A DNA stretch of 64,000 nucleotides from Patescibacteria group bacterium (GTDB lineage Bacteria > Patescibacteriota > Microgenomatia > Levybacterales > UBA12049), in contig DASYZL010000006.1 in assembly GCA_035946335.1 (NCBI GenBank), forward strand, positions 1,772 through 65,771. The letters are read 5' to 3'. Below are positions 20,775 through 29,036 of this stretch, in pieces (position 1 is the stretch's first letter; each line of letters starts with the position of its first letter). Below the pieces are notes generated by a model, which worked only from the letters and a program-made list of their open reading frames with translations, did not search any database and was not told where the DNA came from. The position numbers and the translations under genes were made by a program.

Positions 20775-20992
20775 CAAAGAAACAAAAATTCAAAATAACT
20801 GGAATGCACTGTACAGCTTGCACTTTGGAAATAGACGATGCGTTAGAGGAATTGGACGGAGTAAAACAGTCAAATACTCATTATGCAAAACAAATAACAG
20901 AAGTGGAATTTGAAGAGGAGAAAGTTTCGCACGTGAAAATTATTGAGGTAATAAAAAAAGTTGGGTATTCAGCATCTGCTTCGACTGAATAA
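20771..20992 (+). CDS. copZ: CopZ-like heavy-metal-associated chaperone
   Basis: ITGMHCTAC, KKVGY. Confidence 0.88.
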   Translation: MTKKQKFKITGMHCTACTLEIDDALEELDGVKQSNTHYAKQITEVEFEEEKVSHVKIIEVIKKVGYSASASTE

Positions 20993-21026
20993 TTTCCTGA
21001 AGAACGACTAAATTTGATAGGTTTTG

Positions 21027-21437
21027 TTATTTAAAATTTTGCTGGGCATATGTAAAAAACCATAAAATTCTTGGTAGTAATCCTGTATAACCTAAAATTG
21101 CTAGTATGAACAAAATAAACTCCACCAAACCTAACTTTCCCAAGGTTTGAGACCGATGACTGAAATCAATTATGCCTAACAGGAAATAGAGCGCAATACT
21201 TCCAACAGTGCCACAAATAATATGTATCCATATTTGGTGCGCACGATAGGAGAATGATTTTTCGAGCTTACCATTTGGTTTCCATATCAGATCATTAAAC
21301 CAACCATAATATGCTCCTAATAATATTCCTGAAGCAAGAAAAAAATAAATCCCATTTTGTTTTAAGGATATGCCAATAATTACTAAAACAATCGCTGCAA
21401 AACGAGCTATTAATGATTGACAGATTTCATTTTTCAT
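21027..21437 (-). CDS. hypothetical 4-TM membrane protein
   Basis: hydrophobic helices; starts 2 nt after the OLD stop. Confidence 0.75.
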   Translation of the reverse strand: MKNEICQSLIARFAAIVLVIIGISLKQNGIYFFLASGILLGAYYGWFNDLIWKPNGKLEKSFSYRAHQIWIHIICGTVGSIALYFLLGIIDFSHRSQTLGKLGLVEFILFILAILGYTGLLPRILWFFTYAQQNFK

Positions 21438-21439
21438 AT

Positions 21440-23500
21440 TTATGCAGTTATGCTATCAAAAATCTTAGTTATCTCATCAATTTTTGCTGTATTAGCTTGA
21501 TCTTTTATCCAATTCTCAAAATCGTTTTTACAAAATGCTATAACAACATCCAATCCTTTTCCAGTAGTACCCAGATATTCTTCAAGTTCTCCTTCTTGGA
21601 GGATATATATTTGTTTTTTATATAAATCAGCAATACTGGTTTGTAATGTTGAATAGGTACTTGCATCAGTTTTTATGAAATTTACTAAGTCCTCTGAAGG
21701 AATATATCTAACAAGCATATAACCTCTCATTTCTTTAAGTTTTTTAAAGCCTTGCTTCGTCGGGTGACTAATATATGAAGATAGAGATGATAGCATATTA
21801 ACTCTGTCTGTCGAACCTTTTTTGCTTAATACATTAACAGCAATATTTGTATAGACACTATTTAAATATGCCTTATTAAATTTGTTTAACTGGCTCCTTG
21901 AAAGTAAATTAAAACTCACAACATTATCCCAATCACCAATAAAATATGTTTTAACCTTATATTTATTTAAAAAGTTTTTCCATAATTCAAAACTACCTTT
22001 TCCAGAAATATATAAAAACTCCAGTTCAGGGTCTTTATTTTTAATTTCTTTGTAGTAATCATAAAATTTCCTATAAAAATACTCATCACTATCTCCTTCA
22101 ATGAGAACAACTTTCTTACTAAAGAATATCTTTATTGAGTTTGTATAGCTTAAAATTCTTACCAATTCTGCTTCATCATTAGTTATTTTTGGATGGATAA
22201 CTTTTGTAAAACCTCGTACTAAACTAAAACGATAAGTATTATTAATGACCTTGGCATTAATAAACATTGGCGAATGAGTGACAATTATAAATTGTATGTC
22301 CAGATCGTCTTTAATCTGATTGATAACATTCAAGAATTTCTCTTGCATCTGGGGATGAAGATGTGTTTCTGGCTCATCAATTATCAGTAAACCTTTTTCA
22401 ATATCATACCCATATAGACAAAAAATAAAATGAATTATTGCTTTCTGTCCAGCACTTAAATCGCTATATTGAACTTCATTTTTCTTTTCATCGATAAATT
22501 TAAAAGAGTAATTTAAGCTTAAAAGATCAAGTTTATTAATATCGAGTTGAATGTTTAAATAACCTAAGAGTAACTTATTTATGTTTTTAACAATTGGTAA
22601 ATTCAGAGTTAATTTTCTTGCTTTCACTTTTCCATATTGGTCATAATATTCATTAAATCTGAAGGCAAGCTCTTTTTTAACATACATAAATGCAACTGGT
22701 TCTTCATTACTACTAGCACGAGTGTTTTCATTTACATCTTTTGTTTTAAGCTCTGCTGTCCTAGTAAATTCTTTTGCATTCACAGGATAGTTCCCGTCAA
22801 ACATATTATATGTCCTGAAGGAACCCATGAGTGCAAATGTCTGCTTCAACTTATTCCATTGCTTATTCTCAAATGTATTACCAATCTGAATTGCTTTTTG
22901 TAAAAATTCGAAATACTCAAAGTACTTTTCAATAAAATTGACGCACTGATTTTGTTGACGATTGACTCGATGAAATGCAGGTTGGTTAATTGGATTAGTA
23001 TCTTCATATTCAAATTCAATATCATTAGTGTTATCAATATCTTGTTTATTGAAATTAGTTTCAAAAGAGAGACCACCTACGTTTGAGTAGTTGGAAAAAA
23101 TAGTATTAAAGTCTGTAGCGTTGTCAAAAATAAATTTGAGATTATTTTTATCATTTTGATTTAAATTTAAGGAAATTTTAATTTTCCTAACTGAGTTGGT
23201 GCTTTTTCTGTTTGGATTCAAATAATTGTAGTTCCTAGGCGCTTCAGTAATTGTTTGACCAAGAGGTACTTGCCCATTCGATCTGTGGTTGAATACGTTA
23301 TCTTCACTGTAAATGGCTTGCCTGTACAATATATTTTTAAATAATTGGTTTAATATCTCTAAAAAATTACTTTTACCAACACCATTAGGACCAATGAGAA
23401 TGTTTAAACCTTTATCAAAATTTATCTTTGGGGAATGGTTAATGTCATCTCTATATTCAAAACTTAAAATATTGGAAATTTGAATATAGTTTATCTTCAT
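21440..23500 (-). CDS. OLD-family ATP-dependent nuclease (ABC ATPase + TOPRIM)
   Basis: GPNGVGKS, LSAGQ, LIIDEPETHLHP, VTHSP; LIEGDSDE, GDWD, GELEEYL. Confidence 0.9.
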   Translation of the reverse strand: MKINYIQISNILSFEYRDDINHSPKINFDKGLNILIGPNGVGKSNFLEILNQLFKNILYRQAIYSEDNVFNHRSNGQVPLGQTITEAPRNYNYLNPNRKSTNSVRKIKISLNLNQNDKNNLKFIFDNATDFNTIFSNYSNVGGLSFETNFNKQDIDNTNDIEFEYEDTNPINQPAFHRVNRQQNQCVNFIEKYFEYFEFLQKAIQIGNTFENKQWNKLKQTFALMGSFRTYNMFDGNYPVNAKEFTRTAELKTKDVNENTRASSNEEPVAFMYVKKELAFRFNEYYDQYGKVKARKLTLNLPIVKNINKLLLGYLNIQLDINKLDLLSLNYSFKFIDEKKNEVQYSDLSAGQKAIIHFIFCLYGYDIEKGLLIIDEPETHLHPQMQEKFLNVINQIKDDLDIQFIIVTHSPMFINAKVINNTYRFSLVRGFTKVIHPKITNDEAELVRILSYTNSIKIFFSKKVVLIEGDSDEYFYRKFYDYYKEIKNKDPELEFLYISGKGSFELWKNFLNKYKVKTYFIGDWDNVVSFNLLSRSQLNKFNKAYLNSVYTNIAVNVLSKKGSTDRVNMLSSLSSYISHPTKQGFKKLKEMRGYMLVRYIPSEDLVNFIKTDASTYSTLQTSIADLYKKQIYILQEGELEEYLGTTGKGLDVVIAFCKNDFENWIKDQANTAKIDEITKIFDSITA

Positions 23501-23502
23501 AT

Positions 23503-24021
23503 TTATTGTTTTATTACTTCTTTAATATTTCCATCCTTGTCTCTTAAAATAGCAGTCATTGTCTCCTTAAGATTTATATGATCTCTTAAAACGATCGATT
23601 TTGTAATTCTTTTCTCAACAAAAAAAGTAATCAAACTAAAAATCAAAGCCCCAATAGTCGATAATATTGTGACTATGTCTTGGGATATTAACGTGAAATG
23701 CGTTAAATGCATCAAGAGGGACGATATCGACGCAGATGCAGAATTAAAAAGGACCTTCAAGAACGGATATACTGCTACTCCCGCTGATATTGCAGTAAGG
23801 ACGAGCATCACAATTTGCAATCGGTAGTTTGATTGTTCCAATTTTTGGCTTTGTCTATTGGAGCTTTCAATAGTACTATTTAACTTCTTAATTTTCGTTA
23901 GTAGATCATCCAACATGAATATTGTTTCGACCTGTGTTGAAATAACATGCTGATTATGTGGAGTACCAGTCGTTGGGTTTGCTTGCATTTCTCGAAGGCT
24001 TCGCTTTAATTCTTCTTTCAT
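23503..24021 (-). CDS. coiled-coil + 2-TM hypothetical protein
   Basis: heptad-like LTKIKKLNSTIESSNRQSQKLE followed by TM helices; ends 2 nt before the OLD start. Confidence 0.75.
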   Translation of the reverse strand: MKEELKRSLREMQANPTTGTPHNQHVISTQVETIFMLDDLLTKIKKLNSTIESSNRQSQKLEQSNYRLQIVMLVLTAISAGVAVYPFLKVLFNSASASISSLLMHLTHFTLISQDIVTILSTIGALIFSLITFFVEKRITKSIVLRDHINLKETMTAILRDKDGNIKEVIKQ

Positions 24022-24099
24022 ATGATAATTGCTTGCATTATCCCACTTTTAGCTTGCTATCTCAATATACTTACAGGGTTGGACAACAGATATCTTTAC

Positions 24100-24250
24100 T
24101 TACAGACTTGGGAAGTGTCTCTCTAAACTGGCACAAAATTGTGGAATTTAGCCTCGGGACGTGTGCCATATCTCCTGTCGCTTAACTTCCTGAATTCCTT
24201 GAAGCTAATTGTGCGTAATGATTCTTGAAGTTTAGGGACACTATTGAGCG
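24100..24250 (+). repeat. possible decayed LSR tail/att remnant E
   Basis: CTTGAAGCTAA..AGGGACACTATT resembles repeats B and D; the frame reads SLGTCAISPVA*..LEA..FRDTI with stops. Confidence 0.35.
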
Positions 24251-24350
24251 AAAAAACATCAAAAATGGAAACAAACCTGGACAGGCTTCTGCGTATAATA
24301 CACGCTCATTGACTCCGTGGAAATGTCCAGCTATTTATTTTTATTATCGG

Positions 24351-25004
24351 CTACTGAAGATTGAAAGTTGATCTATGTTCTTGCCCACCAGAGAAAGCGC
24401 CTGTTTTTGGGTCTGTTGTTCCACCAACTACACAATCAAGAGTTATTGTTGCTGGTTTTGTCTGGTAGTTATTGAAACGTTGTTGTTCTGCATTAGCAAA
24501 ATTACCCCAGCCAATACTTTCTGTTTGTCCTGCATTTACCACAAACCCATCCGATTGAAAGTTATCTCCTTGTGGATCAGTCTCATTGACTACCGCATTA
24601 CATTGATCCCATTCTGTTGTTTCCTGATTTGTTATGTACAATGCTGTGTTATCAAATGTCACTTTTGCTTTAAGCGGGTAGCGTGTTGCTTGTCCCTTTT
24701 CCAGAGCATCTTGGGATTTCATACAGTCGACCATTTGAGGTGTTCCTAAATACTGCGCACAAGGGTCCGTAGTTGGCGTAGGACTTCCATTTGTTGTACT
24801 TGCTGGTGTTGTTGTATCTGTTGTTGCTGGAGAAGTTGAAAACAAAGACAGCATGAACTTTATTCCAAAGAACACAATAGCAGCTAAAACAACCAACGTA
24901 ACTACTGTCTGAGCAGGTGTTGCCAATTGCTTCCCACATTTTGGACAATTTTTCGCTTTTGGGTCTTTGATTTGAGCTTTACAGTATTTGCACATCCTCA
25001 TCAT
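24351..25004 (-). CDS. zinc-ribbon + TM + extracellular domain protein
   Basis: CKYC..CPKC, TM helix, Thr-rich linker. Confidence 0.75.
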   Translation of the reverse strand: MMRMCKYCKAQIKDPKAKNCPKCGKQLATPAQTVVTLVVLAAIVFFGIKFMLSLFSTSPATTDTTTPASTTNGSPTPTTDPCAQYLGTPQMVDCMKSQDALEKGQATRYPLKAKVTFDNTALYITNQETTEWDQCNAVVNETDPQGDNFQSDGFVVNAGQTESIGWGNFANAEQQRFNNYQTKPATITLDCVVGGTTDPKTGAFSGGQEHRSTFNLQ

Positions 25005-25112
25005 AGGTAATGGAATGGTAACACATAGTATCCCTCAAATCAACCATTTTTGAAGCCAAAAGGATACTGACAGTTGGTTTTGATTAAAATAGTAGCTTGC
25101 TAATCTTGAAGA

Positions 25113-25325
25113 ATGATTACGGAAAATGACAAAAGATTGGGAAAAAGAATAAAAAAACTCAGAAACGCAAAAGGATTAACACAAGACCAGCTTGCTGAAA
25201 AGGCAGGAATTAGTATGAAATATGTTCAATTTATCGAGAACGCCCACAGGATACCTGCGCTAAAAACTTTATACAAAATCGCTCGAGTTCTTGGTGTTAA
25301 AGTTGAAGATATCTTCCCCTTTTAA
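25113..25325 (+). CDS. XRE-family HTH regulator
   Basis: LGKRIKKLR..LTQDQLAEKAGIS..IEN..P.L.TL.KIA..LGV. Confidence 0.93.
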   Translation: MITENDKRLGKRIKKLRNAKGLTQDQLAEKAGISMKYVQFIENAHRIPALKTLYKIARVLGVKVEDIFPF

Positions 25326-25409
25326 CCACTTCGTTTACAGACTTGGACAGTGATTTGGATTGATATGGTAATCCAATCTTGACAAGACAATAAATTTGTT
25401 TTAATCTTT

Positions 25410-25647
25410 AATTAGGTCCCTAGTGACCCACATGGTTTGATTTGTCACAATAGTCCTATCCTCAAAAATTAGCGACTCGACTGTGCTAGTACCTACAGAT
25501 TTCTGAAAGGTTTTAGCTTGTCGAGTTTTTTTATGAGCAGCCTTTCAAGGCTGTTTTTTGTAGCAACTGGGGAGACTATTTGTGCAGGTTATCCGTTTAT
25601 GTTCCCTGCTTGGTTCTCCCCAGGCAAGGAAGATAAACGGATTTTTT
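25410..25647 (+). ncRNA. structured leader/ncRNA in the LSR element
   Basis: TTGACA(25379)-17-TAATCT promoter; hairpins at 25474-25527, 25537-25554 and 25591-25642, each followed by a T-run. Confidence 0.6.
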
Positions 25648-25830
25648 ATGTTATCAAAAGAAGCTGTGCTGGAGTATCAAGAAGAATACAGAAAAATACA
25701 TGGCAAAATCATCTCTTTCGATGAAGCGATGAGGCAAGCAGAAGAATTACTTAAATTATTTGATGCAATTTACAAACCCATTAAAACCGAGTGGGTTAAA
25801 AAAAATAAAAAATATGGAAAGCATAGATAA
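25648..25830 (+). CDS. 60-aa hypothetical mobile-element protein
   Basis: MLSKEAVLEYQEEY...EA..QAEELLKLF; start at ATG 25648. Confidence 0.65.
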   Translation: MLSKEAVLEYQEEYRKIHGKIISFDEAMRQAEELLKLFDAIYKPIKTEWVKKNKKYGKHR

Positions 25831-26191
25831 GTTACTAAAAAACCATAAAGTTAATAACTTAACAGTAAACAGTAATAGTAAAGATATACCTACTGTTAAC
25901 AGTAGTACTGTATACAGTAGTAAAACCTTTGAGGATAAATTGGATGAGTTAATTGAAAGCGAAGATACTACAAAAGAAGGTCTCGCAAAATATATAGCAG
26001 AAAAACTGGATGATACAAAAAGTTTAACTCTGCATATTCTTTTAGTAAAAGAGCATAAGTCCCAAAAATTACTTGAAGCACTTAATTTTACTTTGGACGC
26101 TTGGAGAAATCATAAAATTAGGACATCCAAACCTATCTATTATATTGCAATTTTACGAAGGTGGAAAATGAAAGTAAATTTTCGTACTTGA
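25814..26191 (+). CDS. small protein with DnaD/DnaB_2-like C-terminus
   Basis: ends ..PIYYIAILRRW, resembling the Y..IL..W motif; overlaps the upstream gene. Confidence 0.5.
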   Translation: MESIDKLLKNHKVNNLTVNSNSKDIPTVNSSTVYSSKTFEDKLDELIESEDTTKEGLAKYIAEKLDDTKSLTLHILLVKEHKSQKLLEALNFTLDAWRNHKIRTSKPIYYIAILRRWKMKVNFRT

Positions 26192-26234
26192 TAGTACTTA
26201 TTGATGATTAATATAATGGTAACTGACAGTAACC
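26188..26234 (+). promoter_or_regulatory. LSR promoter with downstream palindromic operator
   Basis: TTGATA-18-TATAAT, then GGTAACTG-A-CAGTAACC. Confidence 0.6.
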
Positions 26235-26249
26235 ACTATGTGTTAAAAT

Positions 26250-28016
26250 ATGGCATTTTTTGATTACAATTTGAAGGAAAAATTACAAGAATATAAATTC
26301 GGTGCGTATTTACGACGTTCTTCGGAAGACAATGAAGATAAGCAAGTACGAAGTATTGAGGGACAACAGCAAGACCTTCAAGAAGTCAGCACAAAACTGC
26401 GTTTATCAAAACTGAAAAAATATGATCCCGAAAGTAAGTCTGCATTCAAAATCGGTAGACCAATTTTTAGTCAAATTATACAAGATATTGAAAATGGAGT
26501 TATTGACGCATTACTTGTTTGGCATGCAAATCGTATTTCACGAAATTATGGTGATGGTGGAAAATTTGTGCAGTTAATGTCTGAGGGAAAATTAAAAATT
26601 GTTTTAACACCTTTTGGAGTTTTTGAAAATACTCCGAGAGACATGGAATATCTCATGAATGAATTTACTCGTGCGACTAGGGACAGTGGAGATAAATCAG
26701 ACGCAGTAAAACGAGGAAACCGTATAAAATTAAAAGCAGGTTATATTCCTAGTGGCAGACTATCAGAGGGCTACGATCATGTTAAAAATGAGCGAGGTGA
26801 ATCAGTAAACGGCACTAATAGTAATTTCACATTACTAAGGAAAACAATTGAGTTGGTGTTAAATGGAACGCATACACCAATGGAGGCATTGGATGTATTA
26901 AATAATGAATGGAAATATCAGACAAGAAAAACTAAAAGATTAGGAGGGAAATCACTCGCAAAAAGCACATTTTATCGTCTGTTATCGAATCCAAAATCGT
27001 ATGGTCTCATTATTAGCGCAGAAGGAGAATTTACCGCTGAGTTTCCCCCACTAATGACAAAAGAAGAATATGAGAAAATACAAATACTTCTTGGTAAGAA
27101 AGCAGGCAGAAGAAGAACTCCAAAAACGTGGGCATATACAGGTGAAATTACTTGCGACAGCTGCAGTGGATTTATAACAATGGAAGATAAATGGCAAGTT
27201 ATTTGTCCTGTTTGTAAAACAAAATTCCATAAATCCTCGGATAGATTTGCTTGTATAAATTGTCATACTCCAATAGAGGAAATGAGGAATCCAAAACTTC
27301 TTCATTATACTTGGTTGCATTGCACACGGCAGAAACTTGCAGATGGAACCAAATGCAGGCAACCGTACCTCGCTGTTGATAATTTCGATGGACAAGTCCA
27401 AAGCCTCATTGAAAAATTTACTATTCCAGAAGGATTTGCCAAATGGGCAATTAAATGGTTAGAAAAACTAAACGATCAAGAAGTACAACAAAGAACAGTA
27501 ATAAATACTAATCTCCAAAAATTTCATAATGATGTTCAAAAACAGATTGACGATCTGTTGGACTTACGATTAAAAGGACTTATCGACGATGCAGAATATC
27601 AAAAGAAGAAAGAAACGCTACTTCTGGAAAAGAAGGAGGTAAACCAAAAATTACAAGTTACTGATAAGCGAGCAGATGAATGGTTAGACCTATGTGAGAA
27701 TACGTTTAATTTCGCTACTTATGCGCATATATGGTTTGCCAAAGGAACGACTAATCAAAAACGTGCAATACTTCATGCACTTGGATCGAACCTAATATTA
27801 AAAGATAAAGTTTTATTGATACAACAAGCTAGACCATTTATGCTACTTGCTGGAACGAAAGAAAAAGTAGGAATTAAATTGCAAACAATCGAACCTAACG
27901 ATCAGCTTGATGTAGTAGCCCAAAAGCTCGGTTCTGAGGCTTCCAGTCTTGACTTGCTGCCGAGCAGGGATTCGAACCCCAATAAACAGATCCAGATTCT
28001 GTTGTCCTACCATTAG
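26250..28016 (+). CDS. large serine recombinase (resolvase + recombinase + zinc ribbon/coiled coil)
   Basis: YLRRSSED (catalytic Ser), NRISRN, CxxC clusters, coiled coil; last 19 codons lie on the antisense strand of the tRNA. Confidence 0.95.
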   Translation: MAFFDYNLKEKLQEYKFGAYLRRSSEDNEDKQVRSIEGQQQDLQEVSTKLRLSKLKKYDPESKSAFKIGRPIFSQIIQDIENGVIDALLVWHANRISRNYGDGGKFVQLMSEGKLKIVLTPFGVFENTPRDMEYLMNEFTRATRDSGDKSDAVKRGNRIKLKAGYIPSGRLSEGYDHVKNERGESVNGTNSNFTLLRKTIELVLNGTHTPMEALDVLNNEWKYQTRKTKRLGGKSLAKSTFYRLLSNPKSYGLIISAEGEFTAEFPPLMTKEEYEKIQILLGKKAGRRRTPKTWAYTGEITCDSCSGFITMEDKWQVICPVCKTKFHKSSDRFACINCHTPIEEMRNPKLLHYTWLHCTRQKLADGTKCRQPYLAVDNFDGQVQSLIEKFTIPEGFAKWAIKWLEKLNDQEVQQRTVINTNLQKFHNDVQKQIDDLLDLRLKGLIDDAEYQKKKETLLLEKKEVNQKLQVTDKRADEWLDLCENTFNFATYAHIWFAKGTTNQKRAILHALGSNLILKDKVLLIQQARPFMLLAGTKEKVGIKLQTIEPNDQLDVVAQKLGSEASSLDLLPSRDSNPNKQIQILLSYH

Positions 28017-28027
28017 ACGACTCGGCA
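27957..28027 (-). tRNA. tRNA-Gln(CTG)
   Basis: acceptor TGCCGAG/CTCGGCA, anticodon stem ACAGA/TCTGT with loop ATCTGGA, GGTTCGAATCC; CCA not encoded. Confidence 0.93.
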
Positions 28028-28066
28028 ATAGAGTAGGCATATTGTACTAAAAAAGGCACTACATTG

Positions 28067-28432
28067 CTATTTGAGCAATTTCAATATATGAGGAATAAAA
28101 ATGAGCATGCCAACAATAATTGATCCGAGAGCAGTAACCAATACCATACCTGCAGCAACGTCTTTTGCAATCTTTGCCTCCCTCCGATGCTCTTGCGTAA
28201 TAAGATCAACCATCTCTTCAATAGCAGTGTTAATCATTTCAGAAGCGATTACCAGCAGAATAATTACTCCTAAAATACCCATCTCAAATCCATTAATGCG
28301 AAAAAGAATACTGGCAAATATAATAACAATTGCAATAGCAACATGAATCCATAAATTCTGATTATTTCGAAAGGCATACTTTACTCCTGCAAATGCGTAG
28401 CCAAATGAGTCAATTAATTTTCTGTGATGCAT
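28067..28432 (-). CDS. dgkA: diacylglycerol/undecaprenol kinase
   Basis: SFGYAFAG, EMINTAIEEMVD, AKDVAAG. Confidence 0.92.
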   Translation of the reverse strand: MHHRKLIDSFGYAFAGVKYAFRNNQNLWIHVAIAIVIIFASILFRINGFEMGILGVIILLVIASEMINTAIEEMVDLITQEHRREAKIAKDVAAGMVLVTALGSIIVGMLIFIPHILKLLK

Positions 28433-28441
28433 AAGAATATA

Positions 28442-29032
28442 TTATAGTATGATTTTTGCCATAACAAAAGTAAGAAGCGTGATACAACAGCCAATTACCG
28501 CACCGCTGACAACTTCTTGTATTGTATGTTTTCTCAGAAACAACCGTGACCAACTGACTACAAAAGGAATCCAACAAATTACCGCAAACGCAAGTGGCCC
28601 ATATAAAATACCGTATGTTACCACAAAAGCAGTAGACACAGCAGCGTGTGTACTTGCTTTCATGAATTTGTTTGCAAAATCGAAAATAATGAGTGAAAGA
28701 ATGATTCCCAACGCAACAATTGAAAGAGGAAAGAAAATACCTTTAAAAAAAACCGCAATACCAAAATATACAATAGAGAAAAATAGCATAATTGTATAAA
28801 ATAGTGGTCGCTTTTCTTGCTGTGAGATACCAAAATCACTTAAATATTCATTCGGTTTGATAAGGAAAAATACTCCTAACGAAGAGAAAATGAAAACAAT
28901 TGAAAAAATTGTCCATCGCAACCCCATTGATATATTTGTTGTCGCGTGATAGGTGATAATAAAAGGAATCAGTATCGCAAAAACAAGGGGATGGAAAACA
29001 AATGAAATAAATTGAGCAGTTTTTTCTTTCAT
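28442..29032 (-). CDS. PAP2-like membrane phosphatase
   Basis: KASTH, WSRLFLRKHT..EV..G. Confidence 0.8.
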   Translation of the reverse strand: MKEKTAQFISFVFHPLVFAILIPFIITYHATTNISMGLRWTIFSIVFIFSSLGVFFLIKPNEYLSDFGISQQEKRPLFYTIMLFFSIVYFGIAVFFKGIFFPLSIVALGIILSLIIFDFANKFMKASTHAAVSTAFVVTYGILYGPLAFAVICWIPFVVSWSRLFLRKHTIQEVVSGAVIGCCITLLTFVMAKIIL

Positions 29033-29036
29033 TTTA

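Larger units (their letters stand above)
24351..28016. mobile_element. core of an LSR-driven integrative element at tRNA-Gln; the cargo island extends left to about 15.4 kb
   Basis: XRE, small replication-like genes and an LSR running into the tRNA 3' end; left att not precisely located. Confidence 0.75.

Noticed and set aside
21440-23500. Gabija, PARIS or retron assignment for the OLD gene
   Set aside because: No UvrD helicase, separate AriB or reverse transcriptase nearby.
23958-24185. 75-aa plus-strand ORF as a real gene
   Set aside because: It overlaps the start of the minus-strand gene and is better explained as a decayed recombinase-tail frame.
25603-25613. TCCCTGCTTGG in the structured RNA matches the tRNA/att sequence TCCCTGCTCGG at 10/11, hinting at RNA-guided recombination
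   Set aside because: The match is short, lies in a paired stem and could be chance, and LSRs recognise att sites by protein. Only covariation with target tRNAs across elements would revive it.
27843-28040. 65-aa minus-strand ORF
   Set aside because: It is the tRNA-Gln sequence read as protein.
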